A stretch of DNA of 63,462 bases, the filler included, from Octopus bimaculoides (Eukaryota), in assembly GCF_001194135.2 (NCBI RefSeq). It is 8 parts of 7 records of this genome, joined end to end, with 100 filler letters (N's around TTAATTAATTAA, not from the genome) between each part and the next. Parts side by side here need not be neighbours in the genome. Positions count along the whole stretch, not along the records: positions 25,185 to 40,239 come from NC_068991.1; positions 40,340 to 44,191 come from NC_068987.1; positions 44,292 to 49,395 come from NC_068981.1; positions 49,496 to 56,583 come from NC_068986.1; 4 more parts are not named here. One strand, given 5' to 3'. Under the pieces are notes generated by a model. That model saw only the letters and a list, made by a program, of their open reading frames with translations. It had not been told where the DNA came from and ran no database searches. Numbering within the stretch: position 1 is the first letter of the stretch; the number at the start of each line of letters is the position of its first letter. Below, one piece after another: positions 37,100-49,547 of the stretch. The position numbers were made by a program, and so were the translations under genes.

Positions 37100-37340
37100 G
37101 TTTTACTTTTTACTTTTTTCAGTCATTGGACTACAGCCATTATGGGGAACAACCTTGAAGGGTATAGTCGGACAAATAAAATTCTCTGCTTACTTTGGTT
37201 AAAAGTTTTGCACTTATTCTATCGTTACTTTTGCCGAGCCGCACTAAGTTACGGGAATGTAGAGAAACCGAAACCTGTAGTCAAGAGGTGGGGGCAGAAG
37301 ACAAACACGAAAGTAATGACACAGACATATGCATACGCAC
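37100..37340 (-). mobile_element. Family B SINE 3' half
   Basis: TTCAGTCATTGGACTACAGCCAT...TTTTGCCGAGCCGCACTAAGTTACGGG...GACAAACAC. Confidence 0.75.
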
Positions 37341-37399
37341 AAATATACACACATAGTGCATGCAAAAGTCTTACGAAACTAAACAAACAATCCATGAAT

Positions 37400-39628
37400 A
37401 CCTGTGCTAGCTGTATAATATGACCGAAGAAGAAATATATCAGCGAGGAAATGAGATAAAAAAGAAAATAACTAAGATGATCACAATCGGGTTTCAGAAA
37501 ATGAAGATAATAAAGCTACCCCTCTTATTCAATAACAAAAGGAAGAAATCACAGCAGCCATTATAAACCTCCCTGCAACCAAGGAACTATTGAAACAACG
37601 AATACAACTGAAAACCTGACGACTTAGAAGGTATGACAAAAGAATAAAATTTTATCGACGAAACAAAGTATTCAGAACTGATGCAAGTAAATTTTATAGA
37701 GAAATTGGCAAAAAGTAAGATAGAGGTAAAGGAGCCACCTAAGACTGAGGTAATGGAAGAGTTCTGGAAGAAGATATGGAGTGAGAAAGTGAGACTGGAT
37801 GAAGCTGAAGAGCAGAAATAGGAGGCAATAGGAATAGAAGAGTTAAGATATGTTCTTGTAAAGTCTCACAAATGGAAAACCCCAGGACTAGACCGGATCC
37901 CTAACTTCTGACTGAATTATTTGACAGAAGTACACCAAAAAATTTCGCTGCATCCCTAACTGATGTCACCCAGAGCTCAGAGCAAATACCTAGCTGGCTG
38001 ACTGAAAGAACAACATACCTTCTACCAAAAACTGAAGACACGAAAAATCCAAAGAACTACCGACCAATGACATGTCTCAACACCATCTACACGATCCTCA
38101 CATCCATACTGACTGAAAGAATATAAACTTTTCATGAGGAGAACCCTATCACTCCATAAGCTCAAAAAGGTTGTAAAAGAAATTCTTATGGACGCAAAGA
38201 TCAGTTACTAATAAATAAAATGATTGTAGGAATTGCCGGAGCAAAAAGAACATGAGTATGGCATGGATAGGCTACGGGAAAGCGCTTGAGAGTTGGCTCC
38301 TCAAGGCCCTTAAGATACATAAAGTTTCTGTCGTCTCCAAATTCTTTCAAGATAGCATGGCCAAGTGGAATATACGTCTCCTTCTAAACCATAATAATGG
38401 GATGAGCCAATCTAACAACATCAGCATCAAACGAGGCGTCTTTCAAAGTGACTCCCTCTCTCCATTACTCTTTTGCATGGCACTGATCCCACTCTCAAAC
38501 GAATTGAGTAACACCAGGTATGTGTTCAAAGTGTATAATACTATAGTAAACCATCTGTTTTATATGGACGATCTGAAGTTGTTTTCTAGAAATGACAAAG
38601 AGCTAATAGGGCTGCTAATAACTATTAACGAGTTCAGCAATGACATCGGGATGGATTTTGGCCTTGATAAGTGTGCTAAAGCAACTTTTGTAAGATGCAA
38701 GCTCAGGCAAACAGCTTCAATTTAATTAGATACCAACGCTACCATCAAGGAACTTGACCCACAAGAAAGTTATAAATATCTGGGGATAAGCGAAGCTATA
38801 CAACATGCTACTATGAAGGAAAAAAATATGAAAGGAGCATTACAGGAGAATTACAGCCATGAACTAGACGAAGAACCTGAAATCACTGCGACCAAATAAG
38901 TAAAACGGATCAGGCAGACTGCAAAAAGAACGGGCAGAAACAAATTGAGGAGATATGGAGCCAAAAGCCTCTGCATGGACAGTATATACTTCAAAGCCGA
39001 AATGCTGATGTAGACCAAACAACAATCCATGAGTGAATGAGAAGTTCAAGACTAAAAGCAGAGGAGAAGGTTTCATATTGGCGGCACAAGATCAAAACTT
39101 GCTTACAAAAAACTACCAGGCTAACCTCTAGGATTTTCCAGTCAACACCGACAGAACGATCTAGTTTAATGGATCATAGCCATTAAAGACAGGGAAGAAA
39201 ATACTTGTAGACTAATAGATGTAAGTGTTCCCACTGATAAAACTATATTTGTAAAAGAATTTGACAAATTAAATAAATATAAGGACCTGGAAACTGAAAT
39301 ACAAAATATGTGAGACCTTAAAGCGAGAGATGTTACTGTTATTATGGGTGTCCTAGGTATGACAAGAAAGGAATGTCAAAAGCCATGTCTCAGGGAAATC
39401 CAAAAGATTGTGCTGACAGGTACTGCCCACATCCTTAGAAAACTCCTATCAGTTTAAATATTTGTATTGTATTACCTGAAGATATTTCGTTACTGCTCCT
39501 GTCACTTCCCCACCCTCAAGCTTTCCGTCATACTGTAACATCTCTTATCCTTCACTCACCCCAGGGCGCTGGCTGTGTCTCAGCAAGTGATTGTAACACA
39601 CATGCAGATTAAAAGTAAATAATAATAA
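37400..39628 (+). mobile_element. R4/Dong-type LINE, longest copy (RT plus RLE, internal deletions, many stops)
   Basis: KWKTPGLDRIPNF; TYLLPK...NYRPMTCLNTIY; QKGC; GVFQSDSLSPLLFC; HLFYMDDLKLF; FGLDKCAK; YKYLG; AAQDQ; IDVSVP; TGTAHILRK; ends AAAAGTAAATAATAATAA. Confidence 0.92.
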
Positions 39629-39629
39629 G

Positions 39630-40075
39630 ATGGGCTACAACAAATATTCTGCTCAATTCCGTAGATTTGCTTGTCAGTTGTTTGACCTTAACCAGTTGAG
39701 CATGTTCCTTAGTGGCTGACAATATGTGCATCTTTGATCACGAGTAGAAGTAGTGGGGGAGCATCATAGCTATGTGTTGAGTTTGGATAATTCACTTTTG
39801 GAAACATGGGTGTTTCGTTCAACATCCTTAAACAACCTTCATACAGGGACCTTTTGAGCAGGATGGGCTACTCGACCTGAAGAAAATTCTAACTAGGCCC
39901 CACAAGCAAGGTCAGGCGCTGTTTATCTTTATATGAGATTACCAAATCATGCACATATGGTTGTGATACCTGTGCCTGGTGTACTCTTATCAGGCGGGTA
40001 GTGATGATGGCTATACTGGGCCTCGTATATTTTACCCCAGTGTCACTTTGATGGCATGAACTGCCATCTCACTCA
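39630..40075. repeat. Unclassified about 445-bp element bounded on both sides by (AAT)n
   Basis: Higher-GC block between the tail of one R4 copy and the (AAT)n preceding the next; no recognisable ORF. Repeat status is inferred. Confidence 0.4.
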
Positions 40076-40096
40076 ATAATAATAATAATAATAATG

Positions 40097-40127
<31 letters not shown>

Positions 40128-40133
<6 letters not shown>

Positions 40134-40239
40134 CATAGAGCACTCAATGAACAAATGGCAGACAGTGCTACAGCTCCAAACAAAAGACGGACTTGTGAAA
40201 ACGAAAGCCATCCCCATTAGAAGAGGAATATTCCAGGGA
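40128..40239 (+). mobile_element. R4/Dong RT fragment beginning right after (AAT)n, running into a gap
   Basis: IEHSMNKWQTVLQLQTKDGLVKTKAIPIRRGIFQG. Confidence 0.8.
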
Positions 40240-40339
40240 NNNNNNNNNNNNNNNNNNNNNNNNNNNNNNNNNNNNNNNNNNNNTTAATTAATTAANNNNN
40301 NNNNNNNNNNNNNNNNNNNNNNNNNNNNNNNNNNNNNNN

Positions 40340-40374
<35 letters not shown>

Positions 40375-40859
40375 GCATACATACACATACACACGCATGC
40401 ACACAGCACATACATATGTATATACACAGATATCTTGAAGTAAATATATGTAAAATTATGTACGAGCTTATCTTTTTGTTTGCATATTAGTATGTTCGTG
40501 TGAGTGTTTGTGTGTGTATGTAACTGTGTGTGTGTGTTTGTTTTTGTGCGTACGTGTGCGCATGTGTGGCACTGGTTGCCTCGAGGTAGTGATGTGGGGC
40601 GTCCATGAATCACAATGGAAGTCCATTTACTATAAATCAAGCGAATCTCTGTAAACACAAAACAAAATTACTTCATATCTGTGAAATTAATCAACTTTTC
40701 AGCTTTTGCTTTGTTATCGTTGGGATGGAGGGTTACGGTGTGTATGGGGCTGGGGGCTGGCAGGGCGTGTGGCTGAGGGCGCTCCTCTTTTACAAGTTTC
40801 TCTGCCACTATAAACATACAGACCATCGCCACCATTTCCATCACTCGCCGCCGTCTTCA

Positions 40860-41416
40860 GTCTCTTTCATAAATTGAGCTTTGTCATCATCATCAGCTTC
40901 ATCATCTTCATCATGATCATCATCATCATCAACACCATCATCATCATCACCATCATCATTTTCATAGACCTTCGTAGTCGTCCCCGTCGTCATCTCTATC
41001 ATCGTCATAGTACTCATCATTGACATTATCATCATCATCACATAATCATCATCGTTCTCATCACTTTCTTCTAGTACCTTTTCTTCCATCCGTCTTTTTC
41101 TTCTTTCTCTCTTCTTCCTTTCTTTTTTTATTCTTTCTCTCTTCTTCTTTTCTTCATTTCTTTTTTCTTCGTTTTCTTCTTCCTTTCTTCTCCTTCTTCT
41201 TTTTCTCCATCATCATCATCGCCCTGATTACCTTCTCCTTCTTCTTCCTTTCTCCTTCTTCTTCATCATTATCTTCTTCATCTTCGTCCTTTCTTCCTTG
41301 TCTTTCTCTTCTCCTTTTTTCTTCTTCTTTCTCTTCTTCTTCTTCATTTCTTTCTCCTGCATCTTTTTATTCTTATCCTTCTTCATCGTTATGATCATCA
41401 TCATCCTCATCATCAA

Positions 41417-41463
<47 letters not shown>

Positions 41464-41682
41464 CCATCATCATCGTCATTAACAGCACCACAGCCACCGT
41501 TATCATCATCATCATCATCATCCTCATCATCATCATCATCATCATCATCACCATCATCATCATCACCATCATCACCATCCCCATCATCATCCTCATCATC
41601 ATCACCATCATCATCATCACCATCATCACCATCATCATCATCATCCTCATCATCATCCTAATTATCATCAACATCATCATCC

Positions 41683-41721
<39 letters not shown>

Positions 41722-42140
41722 CCATCATCACCATCATCATCATCATCATCCTCATTATCATCCTAATTATCATCATCATCACCATCACCATCATCATCGT
41801 CGTCGTCGTCGTCGTCGCCATGGTTGTCCTCACCGTCGTCTTCAAGCGCATAACGACAAAAGCGACATCAAAAATAGCCGTTTATTTCGTTCAGTCATAC
41901 CAAAGACTTCAAATGCTTCCACCCCGCACCCGACACCATCTTAAGATCCTTCCTTACCACAACCACAAACAATAAACACAGAACACCATCGTTACTAGCA
42001 GCATGATGTTTAGCACCGTCATAGCCACCTATATTTTCATTATCTTCACCATCACATCTCACATCACCACCACCACCAACACCACTACCACACCTACCAC
42101 CATTACGACCATTATCACCATCATCATCATCATCACCATC
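40860..42140. repeat. About 1.3 kb imperfect (CAT)n/(CTT)n low-complexity tract
   Basis: Read directly; source of the poly-I and poly-M ORFs. Confidence 0.95.
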
Positions 42141-42512
42141 AAAACTATAATCAAATCCTGTTCCGAAAATTGAAAGATAATAATCATTATCTACTTTTCC
42201 TTTTCGTTAAATCATTTTGCATCGCACATTCTCCCACACGCAAACACTGGCATTAGCAGGCATACTCATCTATATGTGTGTGACTGTGAGTGTGTATGTG
42301 TGTGTGTGTGTGTGCGTGTGAGTTTGTGTGTGTGTGCATGTCAGTGTATTAATTATATATTAGTATACGTATATATATACACATATGTATATATATATAT
42401 ACATGTATATATACATATATATTCATATGTATATATATACATATAAAACATATATGTACACAGATGTATATATGTATATACATATTTACATATACATACA
42501 TGCATATATATG

Positions 42513-42543
<31 letters not shown>

Positions 42544-42602
42544 ATCTAGGTATACATATACATTTACATATGTACACACACATATATATATACATATAAA
42601 TA

Positions 42603-42669
<67 letters not shown>

Positions 42670-42699
42670 CGTATGTATGTATGTATGTATGTGTGTATA

Positions 42700-42810
42700 T
42701 ATACGACAGGCTTCTTTCAGTTTTCATCCACTAAATGCACTCTCAAGGCTTTAGTCTGTCCGAGGTTATTCTTATAGAAGATACATGCCCAAGATGCCAC
42801 GCAGACATTT
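42700..42810 (-). mobile_element. Family B SINE head and CORE fragment
   Basis: ACGACAGGCTTCTTTCAGTTT...TAGAAGATACATGCCCAAGATGCCACGCAG. Confidence 0.75.
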
Positions 42811-45800
42811 TATGGGTAATTTTAATCTACCCCCTGCATTCGGCGCGGGCATGGCTGTTTTGGGAAGGAGATTGCTTCCCAGTTACAAGTTTCCGTGTTC
42901 AATCTCACTGCAGGATAACTTAGGCAAATGTTCTCTGTTATAACCACGGGCCGACCAATGTCTTCTTTGTGGATTTACTGGAGAGAACCTGAAAGAAGTC
43001 TATTGCATGTATGTATGAGTTTATGCGTATGTATGTGTGTGTATGTATGTATGTATGTATGCATCAATGTCTATGTTTGCAGTATAGTCTAACTTTTGGA
43101 TGAAATCCCTTCAAGCTGGTGCCCCAGCATAGCCGTACTACAATGACTGAGAGAAGTAAAAGACAATAGATGTATATCGTTACCATTAGGCAAAAGTGTC
43201 GTTAGTCCAAAACGTTGCTTTTTCAGAAAACGAAAAAATAGTGTCACCATTTCATTTCTTTTTACATTAGCTACAGTTTCAGCGTAACAATATGTTGGGT
43301 ACATAAAATCGTAAGTCGATGCACGTATGCTATTTTCGGTCAGAAATAGTTTTGCAAAACTGTTGTATGTGGGACTTCTTACACTTTTGAAAAGTGCTAG
43401 ACTGTTGTACTACACTTCGACAATTTTCATCTAAAGCAACTGGAGATACGATTGTTTGACCAAAACTACCGGCTTTTGAAAGCAAAATTAAATATTGAAA
43501 AAAAAAACGCATTTGGCGAAATTTGTACATGCGATAGTTTAACATAATAGCAACGATATGTATCCATATGGCATGTATGTGCGCGCGCGGGCATGTATCT
43601 ATAAATATATACACACCCACCCACTCACACACATACACATATCCGCCATTGTAGGTACGAATTGGCATAAATCTTATGAATGCTTCTTATTTTTTCAACA
43701 GTTGTCCTCTCAACAAGCATAGTGCCAAAACAAAGACATTGTGAATTTCAATTTAAGCATCTGTTATATTATAACATGACACACACATGCGCAAACAAGC
43801 ACACATACACACACATAAATACATACATATATATATATGTATGTGTGTGTATGTATGTATGTGTGTGTATGTATGTATGTACATACGATAAGCCAGCTGG
43901 AGGAGATGTCCTCCTGGGGCTAAGAGCAACAGTAACATCCACCCCTAGGGGTCAGCCACACTTAAGTGGCAATATACTACACTTTATCGTGCAGTTACTG
44001 TTAATACTTCATTTAGAGAATTAACATTGCTTGTTTTCACCTTTTCGATATCAGTGAAGAATTTCACTTGAAAAGAAGATATAAGATTGCCAGGTTTTTG
44101 TCTCTCTCACCAAGGTCAGCGGCTATCGGACGCCGACGAAGGGAAATAACCCTGAAATCCGGATCCGTTCGTGCTGCAGATGTTGGTGAGANNNNNNNNN
44201 NNNNNNNNNNNNNNNNNNNNNNNNNNNNNNNNNNNTTAATTAATTAANNNNNNNNNNNNNNNNNNNNNNNNNNNNNNNNNNNNNNNNNNNNTATATATAT
44301 ATATATGTGTGTGTGCGTGTGTGTGTGTGTGTGTGTATACACCCCTTCTCTCTCTCTACCTATTTTTCTATCTCTGCCTTTGTCGTGTTCTTTTTGTTTT
44401 TGTTATTCATTCAATAAACTGTATTCACTTCCCAATCCACCCACGGCCCTATGTTATACAGTATGTATATCTTTTACTTCTTCCCCCAACAATCTCTCGA
44501 TGTGTCTTTCTCTCCTTTTCCTTGCACCTTTTCCTTCACTGATTCACCTCCTTTTTACATTACCTCCATGTTTTTTTTTCCTGTCATCCTTCAAAACCAA
44601 AAACCTCAAAAATAATTCAGAATCTCCAATTCCGCTTATTTACATCGCAATCCTCTTTTTTCCCTTCCATTCATTCTGTTTCCTTCACGTCTCCTTCTTC
44701 CCTCGTCTCACTTTCAGTCTAACCCCACTCATCCACCCGGATGTTTTACCCCTATCGACCTGCTCAGTTCTTCTAACTTAATTAACCCTCACCCCGGGTG
44801 TTGGCGAGGGTGTCAGAGAGAAAGTAAGCGAGAGAGAGAGAGAGAGAGAGAGGGGTGGTAGATAACAACGTATCTTCTTTCTTCCTCCCTCTGAGATGAA
44901 TCCCTTTGGCCTTTCTTTGTCTTTCATCCATCTGGTGTCGCTAAAGTGTCTATCCGAACCACTGCTCTGAGAGACACAGAAAACGACTGTCCCTCTCTAC
45001 TGACACCTTCTACTTCCATATGAGGAATTAATCACATTTCTGTTACAGCTCTTGCCTTTACCGTTTGACTGGAACTGGAGTTGGGGGGGGGCAGTTAGTG
45101 AACCTTACCTTTTCCCTTTCTAAATGATGAGGACTATTTCTATCTCTGCTAGAAACTATTGTTCTTGAAAATATGTTTGGAAATTTTAGACATTAAACTA
45201 ATTATTAAAGAGAATCAAGAAATTCTAGTGGTCGTGATGGTGGTGGCGGAGGTTGTGATGGTAGCATTAAAAGGGGTGGAGTGCAGCATCTAAGAATCGT
45301 TATCACCTATTCTTTTCTGGTGATGTATATATATATATATATAAACAATATATGAGTATATGCATATATATGTACATGTATGTACATACCTTCATCCACA
45401 TGTACACATAGATACATAACTGGGTACATGACGTGGCAAAAGAACATGGACAAAATGATAAACAAGGTACAACAAACAAGCAAGCCGCATAGAAACATCT
45501 CCTTCATCAGCTGCCACCATTAAAACACCGGCGTTATATATATATANNNNNNNNNNNNNNNNNNNNNNNNNNNNNNNNNNNNNNNNNNNNNNNNNNNNNN
45601 NNNNNNNNNNNNNNNNNNNNNNNNNNNNNNNNNNNNNNNNNNNNNNNNNNNNNNNNNNNNNNNNNNNNNNNNNNNNNNNNNNNNNNNNNNNNNNNNNNNN
45701 NNNNNNNNNNNNNNNNNNNNNNNNNNNNNNNNNNNNNNNNNNNNNNNNNNNNNNNNNNNNNNNNNNNNNNNNNNNNNNNNNNNNNNNNNNNNNNNNNNNN

Positions 45801-46470
45801 NNNNNNNNNNNNNNNNNNNNNNNNNNNNNNNNNNNNNNNNNNNNNNNNNNNNNNNNNNNNNNNNNNNNNNNNNNNNNNNNNNNNNNNNNNNNNNNNNNNN
45901 NNNNNNNNNNNNNNNNNNNNNNNNNNNNNNNNNNNNNNNNNNNNNNNNNNNNNNNNNNNNNNNNNNNNNNNNNNNNNNNNNNNNNNNNNNNNNNNNNNNN
46001 NNNNNNNNNNNNNNNNNNNNNNNNNNNNNNNNNNNNNNNNNNNNNNNNNNNNNNNNNNNNNNNNNNNNNNNNNNNNNNNNNNNNNNNNNNNNNNNNNNNN
46101 NNNNNNNNNNNNNNNNNNNNNNNNNNNNNNNNNNNNNNNNNNNNNNNNNNNNNNNNNNNNNNNNNNNNNNNNNNNNNNNNNNNNNNNNNNNNNNNNNNNN
46201 NNNNNNNNNNNNNNNNNNNNNNNNNNNNNNNNNNNNNNNNNNNNNNNNNNNNNNNNTATCTAAATGTGTGTATAACTTAGATATCTGCGTTAGGCCATTG
46301 TCTAACTTAATAGCACCACCTGATAGGATTATCTAAATCCTTTTAAACTCAAATTTTGTGGTATCATGGTCCATTCGAGTTCATGTTGAGTGAGTTGTAT
46401 CCAGGTATAGGTGGCTTATCTGGTATTCCTTGAAGAAATTTGTCCAGACTCCATTTAAAGCTGATGGATA

Positions 46471-46719
46471 TGAAGGCGCGTGGATTAGTGAAGTGAAGGC
46501 GCGTGGATTAGTGGTTAGGGCATTCGGCTCACGATTGTAAGGTCGTGAGTTCAATTCTCGGCGGCGTGTTGTGTCCTTGAGCAAGACACTTTATTTCACA
46601 TTACTCCAGTCCACTCAGCTGGCAAAAATAAGTAGTACCTGTATTTCAAAAGGACACTCTGTGTCACACTGAATCTCCCTGAGAACTACGTTAAGGGTAC
46701 ACATGTGTGTGGAGTGCTC
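46471..46719 (+). mobile_element. tRNA-derived SINE family C (CORE/Meta-like central domain), 3'-truncated, duplicated 5' end
   Basis: A box TGGATTAGTGG, B box GAGTTCAATTCT, then TGTGTCCTTGAGCAAGACACTTTA; first 20 nt repeated at 46471 and 46494. Confidence 0.8.
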
Positions 46720-46829
46720 AATTATTCATAATACAATATTAGGATAAAAACTATATAGGAATTTATCAAGTAGTTAGCGTGAAAAAAACCTCATAATGTT
46801 TTTATCCTAATATTGTATTATGAATAATT
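46720..46829. repeat. Perfect 32-bp inverted repeat with 46-bp spacer
   Basis: AATTATTCATAATACAATATTAGGATAAAAAC (46720-46751) and its exact reverse complement (46798-46829). Confidence 0.95.
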
Positions 46830-47310
46830 AGAATATATTCAGTGCTGAATATTATTCCGTAAAAGCACATGTGCCGAAGTGTAACTTAAAAAGCCCGCCT
46901 CTTTCATGGATATATATGGATAAACAATCATCTATATACTATGCTCGTCGGGGTATGTTGATTTTTGTTTATTTTTATGTGTATTGACCATACGTGTACT
47001 GATGAATAAAAGATGCAGCTTACTGCATAGTTTGCTGCATTAATTATGAAATCATTAGTTTACCGTTAAGTTAAAAGTTTTTAGGAGGTTAGCTTTGAAA
47101 GTTGCATTCCCTCGCGATCGGTACAAATGTGCATATGGTAGTGTTGACTTTTGGAGTCCCTCTTAGCCTGAGGCATTATTGTATAGTAATGCCCTTATAT
47201 NNNNNNNNNNNNNNNNNNNNNNNNNNGTACGAAAAAACAACAACAGACGAGGACAGGTGGTGTAAACAACAAAAGGATGTATTAGTATGACGCTCGGGAA
47301 TACGGAAAGT

Positions 47311-47345
47311 CTTTAACGTTTCGAGCTACGCTCTTCAGCAGAAAG
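47311..47345 (-). ncRNA. Minimal type I hammerhead ribozyme motif (A6C variant)
   Basis: Minus RNA: CUUU CUGCUGA A GAGC-GUA-GCUC GAAA C GUU AAAG; predicted cut between 47315 and 47314. Confidence 0.75.
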
Positions 47346-47562
47346 AATACGGAGACAAGGAGAAAAACACGGAGAAAAAAAATTGAATAGTGTTCAGTCA
47401 ACGGTCAATCATAGTAATGGCTGACCGGAAGTTAGAAATTATACACAGGAGAGCTATATATATATAGGGGAAATTCACAAAAAAAAACCCAACAAATGTT
47501 GAAGCCAGGTGGTGTAGACAACAAACAGATGTATTAGTTTAACGCTCGGGAAGTGAAAAAGT

Positions 47563-47598
47563 CTTTAACGTTTCGAGCCTACGCTCTTCCACAGAAAG
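47563..47598 (-). ncRNA. Minimal type I hammerhead ribozyme motif (A6U variant)
   Basis: Minus RNA: CUUU CUGUGGA A GAGC-GUAG-GCUC GAAA C GUU AAAG; predicted cut between 47567 and 47566. Confidence 0.72.
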
Positions 47599-48896
47599 GA
47601 ACACAGAAAGAAACAAGGAGAGAAAATAAAGAATGTGTAGTGACTAGCGATCTATCATGACGAATACCGGACAGAGGATGTATATATAGCATGATGTATA
47701 TATAAGATATATACCTCATGATTTTCTCAATAACTTTACAATAAGTACATAAGTTTTTGTATGCAAACGGAAATGTTACTTGTTTTTGCTGAATCTGGTT
47801 CAAAGTTTCATCTCGGTTAGAAGTTAAAAAGGCACTAAAAATACCAAAATCTACTGAATTTATCTAAATTCAGCTGTACGTGTTTGCATAAAGCCAGACC
47901 GGAAGAGGGAGTCTGTTTTCGGATTTATTTAAGACGCGCTAATCATATCTTTTATCTTTTATACCGAAATATAGTATCCAATGTGTCCTTACAAATGTAA
48001 GGCGTTGCTGGGCATCAGTGGAAGAAAACTTGGTTGCTATTTTCATAAAATGAAACGTCTGCGTGGAGATATCCTTGTTGAGATTAGGCTTTCAATTAAG
48101 TACTTCGTTTTGCTGAGATGAAATCCCTAGAACAAAATGGCTGACTGTTAATGAAAACTGAAAATGTGTCAGGTTTTTATATACCAGAATTACCAAAACA
48201 CTATAATCACGAAGAATGACGGAAAAATAAAACCCAGTTGCTATAGCAATATCTTCGAACAGAATATAGATGCTATATATATTCCCATCCATTTCCCGTC
48301 TTCTATAAAACTATGTCACCAATGAAGTCTAATTAAAATGTCGTTATTGCTCTCAATATTTGGCGGTTCACAAACATTATCATAATTTATTTGGTTTCTT
48401 TACTTACTACAATACATTGCAGCCGACCGCACTCGATTTCAGCTCATTGAAGCAGATTGAATAAAAAGGCTTAAAACGTCACTTTTTCAATGGTGACGTT
48501 TGTTGTGTAAGAGTTCTAACAATGAGCCAGACACTAGAGTTGAAACATCAGAGAAACTGTGAAAATTCCACCCAACTTAATTAACTTTCGTTCTGTTATC
48601 ATATTTTTGTTTTATCTCTGCCAAGACAAAAGCCGTCCGATCGATGTCGCGCATCATATTGTGAAACGTTCTGAAAGTTTACATACATGTATACTTACAG
48701 ATATAGATACATACAAACATATAAATATATACATGTATGTGTACATACATACACACATACATACATACATACATATAGACATAAGACATTTCAATCTATG
48801 TGTATGTGCGGGAATATATATGTGAATAGACAGAGAGATACTCATACATAAATGCATATAGAAATATGTGTAACTGTACGCATATCTCCCTCTATA

Positions 48897-48966
<70 letters not shown>

Positions 48967-49350
48967 CACACACACATATACATATACGTGTGTGTATGTG
49001 TGTGTGTGTGTGTGTGTGTGCATGTAAGTATAATAGTTAGTTCACTGGGTGTGTTTCATTCTTACTCCTTCATACAATTTATATATTTACACGTATGCAC
49101 ATATTTACACAGACGCACACCCAAACACACACATAAACACACAAGCACACACATGTGGGTGTATATTTTGTATTTAATTCAATTTTACTTTTATCTCAGA
49201 AAAGTTATTTTGCTAATTAATTGTACGACAACACTAAAATTACAGTCCTCATTATTTCTCTTTGAGTGCAAGTATGTATGTATATATACACAAACACACA
49301 TATATATGTACATATATATATATATACATATATATATATGTACGTACATG

Positions 49351-49383
<33 letters not shown>

Positions 49384-49495
49384 ATATATATATATNNNNN
49401 NNNNNNNNNNNNNNNNNNNNNNNNNNNNNNNNNNNNNNNTTAATTAATTAANNNNNNNNNNNNNNNNNNNNNNNNNNNNNNNNNNNNNNNNNNNN

Positions 49496-49547
<52 letters not shown>

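Larger units (their letters stand above)
47227..47680 (-). mobile_element. Two head-to-tail PLE-terminal-like units, each with a hammerhead motif
   Basis: Shared CAGGTGGTGTA(A/G)ACAACAAA...GATGTATTAGT...ACGCTCGGGAA...AAAGTCTTTAACGTTTCGAGC blocks separated by a short (TA)n. Confidence 0.8.

Noticed and set aside
39650-39722. Definite HDV-like ribozyme call
   Set aside because: Topology is suggestive but P1.1 GG, L3 and J4/2 do not match; kept only as a low-ranked finding.
40841-41975. Long ORFs such as 41298-41975 and 41228-41851, and the many poly-I/Y/N/H or X-filled ORFs elsewhere
   Set aside because: They are translations of microsatellites or N gaps, with no protein-like complexity.
44781-44793. 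AATTAACCCTCAC matching the start of the T3 promoter (vector contamination)
   Set aside because: Match stops before TAAAGGG and no other vector sequence is nearby.
45480-45520. CUGAUGA-A-GGAG on the minus strand as a fifth hammerhead
   Set aside because: No GAAA or closing stem I follows; at best a decayed Penelope-type end next to a gap.
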